DNA of 64,000 bases. Origin: Blastocatellia bacterium. GTDB lineage: Bacteria > Acidobacteriota > Blastocatellia > UBA7656. A program made the translations under genes and the position numbers. A model generated the notes under the pieces. It was given only the letters and a program-made list of their open reading frames with translations, was not told where the DNA came from and ran no database searches. How positions within the stretch are numbered: the stretch's first letter is position 1; each line of letters opens with the position of its first letter. Below are positions 58,320 to 64,000 of the stretch, in pieces. The stretch spans positions 1-64,000 of the forward strand of contig CAVXWP010000017.1 in the NCBI GenBank assembly GCA_963765495.1, given 5' to 3'.

Positions 58320-59324
58320 ATGGGAGAAATCAAAGTAGCGATTCTCGGGCTTGGCAATGTCGGTCGCGCATTCGTCCGCTACGTTGAGAAAACAGGCAAC
58401 GGTCAGAAGACTGAAATCCGCATATGCGCGATGATGGATTCGAGCGGCGGATTTTTTATTAATAAACCTGAGCAGATCAATTCCCTTCTCGCCTACAAAG
58501 ATAAAGGCCGTTCGATCAGAGATTTCGCGCCCGGTGATTTTATAAGCGAACCCCACAGGTTTATCGAATCACTTCAACAGGCAGGCGTATCTGTGCTGGT
58601 TGAGTCGTTGCCTACAAATCTGAAAGACGGCCAGCCCGCGCTCGATCTTGTTAAGCAGGCGCTCGGCCAGGGAACCAGTGTTGTGACTGTAGACAAAGGG
58701 CCGCTTGCGCACGGGTTCGATGAACTGATAAAGACAGCGCAGGCAACGCGGGCGCGGCTGGGTTTCAGCGGCACTACGGGTGTAAAGATACCGGCAGAGA
58801 CTGCTCAGACCCGGGTGCTTGAGATTCGCGGCATCCTTAACGGGACTACAAATCACATCCTGACCGAAATGCAGGAGGGATCGCTGTCATACGACGAGGC
58901 GCTTTCCGACGCGCAGGCAAAAGGTATTGCCGAGCCCGATGCTTCGCTCGATACGGAAGGATGGGATACGGCCGTGAAGATACTGATCCTCGCAAAGGCA
59001 TTGATGGGAGCCGACGCGACCGTCAATGACGTCTCTCGCATAGGCATCGGTCCTGAAACCGAAACGCTGATTCAAGTCGGACGCCGAAGCAATCGAATAG
59101 TGCGATTGGCCGGGCGCGCCCGAATATGGCAGGGCCGCGTGCGAGTCAGCGTAGCGCCGAAATTATTGAACCCCGACTCACCCTTTTATGCCGTCCGAGG
59201 CACGTCGAAGGCGGCTCTCTTCAGGACCGAAAATCGGGGCGAGCTATTATCATTTGCCCGCTCAGGCCGCGACGCGATCTCTCAAATCATCCTTGATGAT
59301 ATTCGAGCGCTACGTGAAGAGTGA
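58320..59324 (+). CDS. Homoserine dehydrogenase-like protein (no ACT domain)
   Basis: GLGNVG, GILNGTTN, GIAEPD...D.EGWDTAVK. Confidence 0.8.
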   Translation: MGEIKVAILGLGNVGRAFVRYVEKTGNGQKTEIRICAMMDSSGGFFINKPEQINSLLAYKDKGRSIRDFAPGDFISEPHRFIESLQQAGVSVLVESLPTNLKDGQPALDLVKQALGQGTSVVTVDKGPLAHGFDELIKTAQATRARLGFSGTTGVKIPAETAQTRVLEIRGILNGTTNHILTEMQEGSLSYDEALSDAQAKGIAEPDASLDTEGWDTAVKILILAKALMGADATVNDVSRIGIGPETETLIQVGRRSNRIVRLAGRARIWQGRVRVSVAPKLLNPDSPFYAVRGTSKAALFRTENRGELLSFARSGRDAISQIILDDIRALREE

Positions 59325-59382
59325 TGCGTGAAAAAGCCACAGACAGGATTTCGCAGGATAAAAGAGAATCTTGTTGAACCTT

Positions 59383-59730
59383 CTAAATCTTGTTAATCCT
59401 GTTAAAAAAATCGTCGAATGATAGCTGCGGGCTTGGCGGCTGATTATCGTCGGCTCCGGGGTCTTCTCCATCGGAACTGGCGCGGGATGCGTTTGTAGGA
59501 CGCAGGGATTTCTGCACGTCCCGAAGGTTGAATCTTATGAGCCGGTCTGTGAGCAGAATCGCAGGTATGCGGCCCGAGCGGCGAAGCCGATGTACGGTAG
59601 ATTCGCTGATCTGTAAAACCTCGGCGAGTTGCCGCGCGGTCAAATACTCGCCTCTTTTGTCTTTAGAGGTTTCGGCAATATTTTGCTGGGCAGACTTTTG
59701 CTCGATTCTCTTTTCCTGTTCTGCGGCCAT
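59383..59730 (-). CDS. Helix-turn-helix DNA-binding protein (excisionase/HTH_17-like)
   Basis: YLTARQLAEVLQISESTVHRL..SGRIP....RLIRF. Confidence 0.8.
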   Translation of the reverse strand: MAAEQEKRIEQKSAQQNIAETSKDKRGEYLTARQLAEVLQISESTVHRLRRSGRIPAILLTDRLIRFNLRDVQKSLRPTNASRASSDGEDPGADDNQPPSPQLSFDDFFNRINKI

Positions 59731-60375
59731 CTATTTTTTTGAGATCTCAAGCGAGAAGGCTACCGGGACCGATTCGTTTTCGCCTACATCGACGATCTTG
59801 CTTTGAGATGTAAACCCGTCTCGCGAAGCGGTCAACTCGTATCGCGCCTGCTCGCTCGGCAGGCGGAAAGCGAACTCGCCCTGCCGATTCGTCACATAAT
59901 CCATGCTCAACTTCTTAAAACGCTTTCCGCTCTTCTGTTCTTCTTCGCTCGGAACGCGCTTGAGCTTTACCTTTACGCCGGGAAGCGAAAATCCTTCCGA
60001 AGTAAAGACCGAACCTCGCACGAGCGAAGTTGGTTTCTTAGCCTTTTCTAACTGTATGGTTCTGACCTCGGTCTGTTTGCCTTCCTCGACCTGTTGCATG
60101 ACGGTGAGCGTCACGCCTTGAAAACCTGCTGCTTCGAAACTGAGTACGTAATCGTCCGGCGCAAGCTCGAATGAATAAGCGCCCGTTTCATTTGTCTGAG
60201 TCTCTTCTGTAGAGCGAGTGCGGCTGCTCATCGCGTGGATGACGACTCCGGCAACGGGTCTGCCCTTTTCATCTTCGAGTTTCCCCTTTAGCGTGCCTTT
60301 GGCCTGTACCACGGCCCAGATATGCCCCGTCGAACACAAAACAACAAACGTGCTTATAATAACCCTCTTGATCAT
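59731..60375 (-). CDS. Secreted protein with two carboxypeptidase-regulatory-like domains
   Basis: Signal peptide; GKLEDEKGRPV/TNETGAY and GSVF..PGV/TNRQGEF repeats. Confidence 0.8.
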   Translation of the reverse strand: MIKRVIISTFVVLCSTGHIWAVVQAKGTLKGKLEDEKGRPVAGVVIHAMSSRTRSTEETQTNETGAYSFELAPDDYVLSFEAAGFQGVTLTVMQQVEEGKQTEVRTIQLEKAKKPTSLVRGSVFTSEGFSLPGVKVKLKRVPSEEEQKSGKRFKKLSMDYVTNRQGEFAFRLPSEQARYELTASRDGFTSQSKIVDVGENESVPVAFSLEISKK

Positions 60376-60520
60376 AAATACCTCTAGAACAATTTGCGGT
60401 CAGTCCGTAACTTCGATTTTCCAATTTTCAGCCGAGGGCCGGGAATTGTCAATCTATCGAAGGCAAAATCGCCTCTGGCCAGACCAGTCACGATTCTCTA
60501 TTATCAAACAGAGAGGCATC

Positions 60521-61072
60521 ATGAGAGTGATCGGCGGAGCATATCGCGGCAGGAGTCTGAAAACACCCAGAGGACTTGAAGTGCGCCCTACATCCGACCG
60601 CCTGAGAGAAACTCTTTTCAATATTATGGCCCGGCAGGTTTCAGGCAGCCGGGTTCTGGACATCTGCGCCGGTTCAGGCGCTGTAGGCATCGAGGCGCTC
60701 AGCCGGGGAGCGGTCCTCGCCGCCTTTATCGATAAATCTCGTCGCTCTTGCGCCGCCATTGAAGATAATCTGGATTCGCTCGGCATCACGGACGAAGCGC
60801 GCATAATCAACCGCGAAGCGATTTCGGCAATAAGGCACCTCGCCGCCGCCGATGAGCAATTCGATATAATTTTCTTCGACCCGCCCTATGCATCAGACCT
60901 TTACCATAAAGTCATGGAATTTATCGGAGCAAACGCCTTGCTTGCCGAAGGAGGCACTCTTGTGGTCGAGCATCGCACAAAGATGCCGCCCGATATCCAA
61001 TACGGCGACCTGCGCGCTTACCGCGAAGTAAAACAGGGCGAGTCTTCGCTGGCTTTTTTTGAGCGGATTTGA
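60521..61072 (+). CDS. rsmD: 16S rRNA m2G966 methyltransferase
   Basis: MRVIGG...RPTSDRLRETLFN, AGSGAVGIEALSRGA, FDPPY; upstream of coaD. Confidence 0.93.
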   Translation: MRVIGGAYRGRSLKTPRGLEVRPTSDRLRETLFNIMARQVSGSRVLDICAGSGAVGIEALSRGAVLAAFIDKSRRSCAAIEDNLDSLGITDEARIINREAISAIRHLAAADEQFDIIFFDPPYASDLYHKVMEFIGANALLAEGGTLVVEHRTKMPPDIQYGDLRAYREVKQGESSLAFFERI

Positions 61073-61183
61073 TCGTTCTATAACTAGAATTGATCGGGCC
61101 GGTACTGGTCACTGACCGCTTTTATATGCTAGTATCGCTCGACTCAAACTATAACCTGCATGCATTCAAAAGGAGATGGTAAA

Positions 61184-61657
61184 GTGGCGCGCCGCGCAAT
61201 CTATCCGGGATCATTCGACCCCATAACGATGGGGCACCTGGACATCATAGAACGTTCGGCCCGGCTCTTTGACGAGGTGATAGTCGGCGTGCTCCTGAAC
61301 ATTTCCAAGCAGCCTATGTTTTCGCCCGATGAGCGAATCGAGATGATCGCGTCGGTCTGCCGGAAGTGGCAGAATGTGCGTGTAGACACTTTCGAGGGGT
61401 TGCTGGTCCATTACGCCGTAGAGCAAAACGCGCAGGTGATAGTGAGGGGGATACGCGCGGTGTCGGATTACGAGTACGAGCTTCAGATGGCGTTGATGAA
61501 TCGCAGACTCGAACCATCGGTTGAAACGGTATTCCTGATGGCCGCCGAAGAGTATTCTTATCTGAGTTCGCGGCTTATCAAAGAAGTCTTCAAGCTGGGA
61601 GGCCCGGTATCGGGACTGGTTCCCGAACTGGTCGAGCAAAGAATGCGGAACAGGTAA
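61184..61657 (+). CDS. coaD: Phosphopantetheine adenylyltransferase
   Basis: IYPGSFDPITMGHLDII, RGIRAVSDYEYELQMA; GTG start after AAGGAG (alternative ATG at 61160). Confidence 0.97.
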   Translation: MARRAIYPGSFDPITMGHLDIIERSARLFDEVIVGVLLNISKQPMFSPDERIEMIASVCRKWQNVRVDTFEGLLVHYAVEQNAQVIVRGIRAVSDYEYELQMALMNRRLEPSVETVFLMAAEEYSYLSSRLIKEVFKLGGPVSGLVPELVEQRMRNR

Positions 61658-61668
61658 CAGGAGGAATA

Positions 61669-62880
61669 ATGGCTACGCAGGAAGTCGGCAAAGCGGTCTT
61701 TACGGAATCTGTTTATGTATCTGATGTTGAGGTCTCTTCTACGCTCAAGGTGTTGATGGTGGCTGAACGGCTTCGCGCAGAAGGAATTGACCTTGTGGAC
61801 CTGGGCGCGGGCGAGCCTGACTTTCCCACTCCGCGAAATGTGAAAGACGCCGCCGAGCGGGCGATTGAAGAGAACTTCACGCGCTACACTTCTACATCGG
61901 GAATCGCCCCGCTCAAACGAGCCATCATCGAGATGATGCGGCGCGATTTTTCGGTGGATTTCAAACCATCGGAAGTGATAGTGACGGTTGGCGGCAAGCA
62001 GGGCATCTTCAACGCGATGGCCGCGCTGCTCAATCCCGGCGATGAGGTGCTCGTGCATGCGCCTTACTGGGTGACCTTTCCTGAAATAGCCAAATTTTTC
62101 CGCGCTACCCCGGTCACGATAGATACACGCGCGAACCAGTTTCTTCTGACCGCCGATATGGTGCGCGAAGCCATAACGCCGCGCACCCGATTGCTCATCA
62201 TAAACTCTCCAAACAATCCGAGCGGGCGCATAATACCGGCTGATGAGTTTCAAAAGATCGTGGAAGTGGCCGCAGAGCGGGACGTGTGGATCATCAGCGA
62301 TGAGTGCTATTTGTACTTCGCCTATCCGCCCGCCGCGCCCTTCACGGCCGCGCAACTGCCCTCGGAGTTGCGGTCGCGGGTGATGATAAGCGGATCGTTC
62401 TCAAAATCTTATGCGATGACCGGCTGGCGCATAGGTTATGCGCTTGGCCCCGAAGAGTGGATTCACGCAATGCTAAAGGTGCAAAGCCATTCTACATCGA
62501 ATGCCACGTCGATATCGCAAAAGGCGGCCCTAGAAGCCGCGACCGGGCCGCAAGACACGCTCCGAGCCATGATCGCCGAATACCGGGCGCGCCGCGACTG
62601 GATCATCCCGGCCCTCAACGAAATCGACGGCATAGAGTGTTCCATGCCCGAAGGCGCGTTCTACTGTTTTCCAAATGTGGAGAAACTATTTGGCGACCGG
62701 GTAACAAACTCCGCCGAATTTGCAGACCTCTTGCTCGAAGAAGCTCAGGTGACGGTAACTGCCGGGTCGGCCTTCGGAGTCGAAGGCCATATTCGAATCT
62801 CATACGCCAATTCGCTGGAAGCAATAAAACGCGGTGTCGAACGAATAGCCGAAACAGCGGCCCGACTCAGTAGGCAGTAG
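61669..62880 (+). CDS. PLP-dependent class I aminotransferase (aspartate aminotransferase-like)
   Basis: GEPDF, NSPNNPSG, SDECY, SKSYAMTGWRIG. Confidence 0.93.
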   Translation: MATQEVGKAVFTESVYVSDVEVSSTLKVLMVAERLRAEGIDLVDLGAGEPDFPTPRNVKDAAERAIEENFTRYTSTSGIAPLKRAIIEMMRRDFSVDFKPSEVIVTVGGKQGIFNAMAALLNPGDEVLVHAPYWVTFPEIAKFFRATPVTIDTRANQFLLTADMVREAITPRTRLLIINSPNNPSGRIIPADEFQKIVEVAAERDVWIISDECYLYFAYPPAAPFTAAQLPSELRSRVMISGSFSKSYAMTGWRIGYALGPEEWIHAMLKVQSHSTSNATSISQKAALEAATGPQDTLRAMIAEYRARRDWIIPALNEIDGIECSMPEGAFYCFPNVEKLFGDRVTNSAEFADLLLEEAQVTVTAGSAFGVEGHIRISYANSLEAIKRGVERIAETAARLSRQ

Positions 62881-62990
62881 GCAGTAGGCAGTAGATACTG
62901 AACTGACGACTACTGCTAAAGAGTGTACGGGGCATGCATATGAATAGATGGTGCCCAACTCCGTCACTGCCTACTGCCTACTGCCTACTG
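62868..62990. repeat. MITE-like GCAGTAG element between convergent genes
   Basis: Inverted heptamer arrays supply the TAG stops of both flanking genes; core homologous to 36091-36208. Confidence 0.8.
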
Positions 62991-64000
62991 CGTAGAGTAG
63001 ACCTTCAAATCACGCTCGCCGATTATCTTCCAGGTTTCGTTTATCCGCGCAAGCCAGACTCTCTCCTGCACCTTGCCGGATGAGCGGTCCTGGCCTGAAA
63101 AATTCCAGCGCTTGTCAAAGGTGACAACAGCCCGACGGCCCGAATTGTCTACGGCTATCTCCACATTGCTCAATTTAAAATCCATGTTCGAATAAATGGA
63201 TAAGGCGCGCGCGCGGTCTGACCTCACAAAATCACGACTCACGCCGGTCTTCAGGTAATACCTCTCAAGGCGCGGCGCGTAATGGTTTATGTGCGCTTCC
63301 AGGTTGCGGTTTTCCAGACTCCCGGTCCAGTTCGTCAAGGTCGTTCGTATCTGCTCTCGCGCCTGCGCCAGATCCGACTCGGGCGCAGAAGTGGAAACCT
63401 CCTGACTTTCAGCAGGCGGCTCTTCAGCGGGCGGAGATGAGTTTCTGTTTTCAGCCTGCGGCTTGCCTGCTTCGCTCTGCGCCTTCTGGCCGGGCTCAGA
63501 CGCAGGCGCGGTTCGCGTGCTCAAAACCATATAGGCGATGACGCCCGCAACCGCTAAGAGAACTATCATCAACCAGGCTATCGGCCAGACCTTTTTCTGC
63601 TTCTCACCGTAGCCGCTGGCATCGGAGGGAACCGGCGGCGGATGCTCATTATAAGATGTTTGAGCAGGTTCGATAGGGGATGTGTTGACAGAGGGGGTAT
63701 TTAAGTCGGAGGGGGATTGCATGCGAACAAGCGTGCTTTCCTCCGCCCCCCCCTTGCGTAAAGGGTCATGGTCGGCAAGCGGCACACTGATGCGCGTAGA
63801 AGGCTCAGCCCGGATTTCCGCGCTGTTCTCTTTGTCGTGGAGCCCCGCTACGACTTCAAATTGCCCGGATAACTCTCCCGCGCTCTGAGGTCGCAGGTCC
63901 GGGTCTTTTTCGAGAGCCTGCATGACGACCGCTTCTATTTCGGGCGACAGGTCGGGCTGTATCTGTCTGAGCGGTGGCGGCGGCTCTGTCATGTGCGCCT
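62985..64000 (-). CDS. C-terminal part of a membrane Ser/Thr protein kinase with extracellular NTF2/SnoaL-like domain (5' end outside window)
   Basis: HMTEPPPPL...ALEKDPDLRPQSA (kinase subdomain XI), a transmembrane helix, and a C-terminal W.....HY...FDK domain. Confidence 0.8.
   Translation of the reverse strand, partial: AHMTEPPPPLRQIQPDLSPEIEAVVMQALEKDPDLRPQSAGELSGQFEVVAGLHDKENSAEIRAEPSTRISVPLADHDPLRKGGAEESTLVRMQSPSDLNTPSVNTSPIEPAQTSYNEHPPPVPSDASGYGEKQKKVWPIAWLMIVLLAVAGVIAYMVLSTRTAPASEPGQKAQSEAGKPQAENRNSSPPAEEPPAESQEVSTSAPESDLAQAREQIRTTLTNWTGSLENRNLEAHINHYAPRLERYYLKTGVSRDFVRSDRARALSIYSNMDFKLSNVEIAVDNSGRRAVVTFDKRWNFSGQDRSSGKVQERVWLARINETWKIIGERDLKVYSTQ

Noticed and set aside
15516-62873. 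Long antisense or alternative-frame ORFs (e.g. 15516-16841, 25336-26307, 32208-33065, 42869-43639, 50159-51055, 61558-62355)
   Set aside because: Shadow ORFs of well-supported genes in GC-rich DNA, with no motifs.

Overview
Bacterial chromosome segment. Gene content (Acidobacteria-type TonB receptor, HYR proteins, DUF1501/DUF1800) suggests Acidobacteriota, possibly Blastocatellia; this is inference. The left 7 kb is accessory DNA. It holds an integron (intI 4153-5106, attI at about 3962-3990, at least 10 attC sites running off the left edge), a dead IS630, a DUF3854 primase remnant and a tRNA-Ala 3' fragment (att scar). The most striking observation is that none of the 10 visible cassettes carries a convincing gene. 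Six belong to one family with conserved sequence blocks and a GC-clamped hairpin (one cassette is present three times), two form a second family, one is an extreme polypurine/polypyrimidine tract and one is unique. The 8-21 kb region has a propeller histidine kinase/NarL regulator pair flanked by an ~0.9 kb direct repeat with phased palindromic operators, and a 2009-aa S8/S53-like protease. The rest is mostly core genes: MacAB-type ABC with a TonB receptor, kup, SDR, DUF1501/1800, murU/amgK-like, gltA, rsmD-coaD, an aminotransferase and a Ser/Thr kinase end. It also includes a selenocysteine peroxiredoxin (in-frame TGA) that the ORF track truncates. Intergenic spaces contain many MITE-like elements with inverted heptamer/nonamer tandem repeats, and these often supply the stop codon of the adjacent gene.
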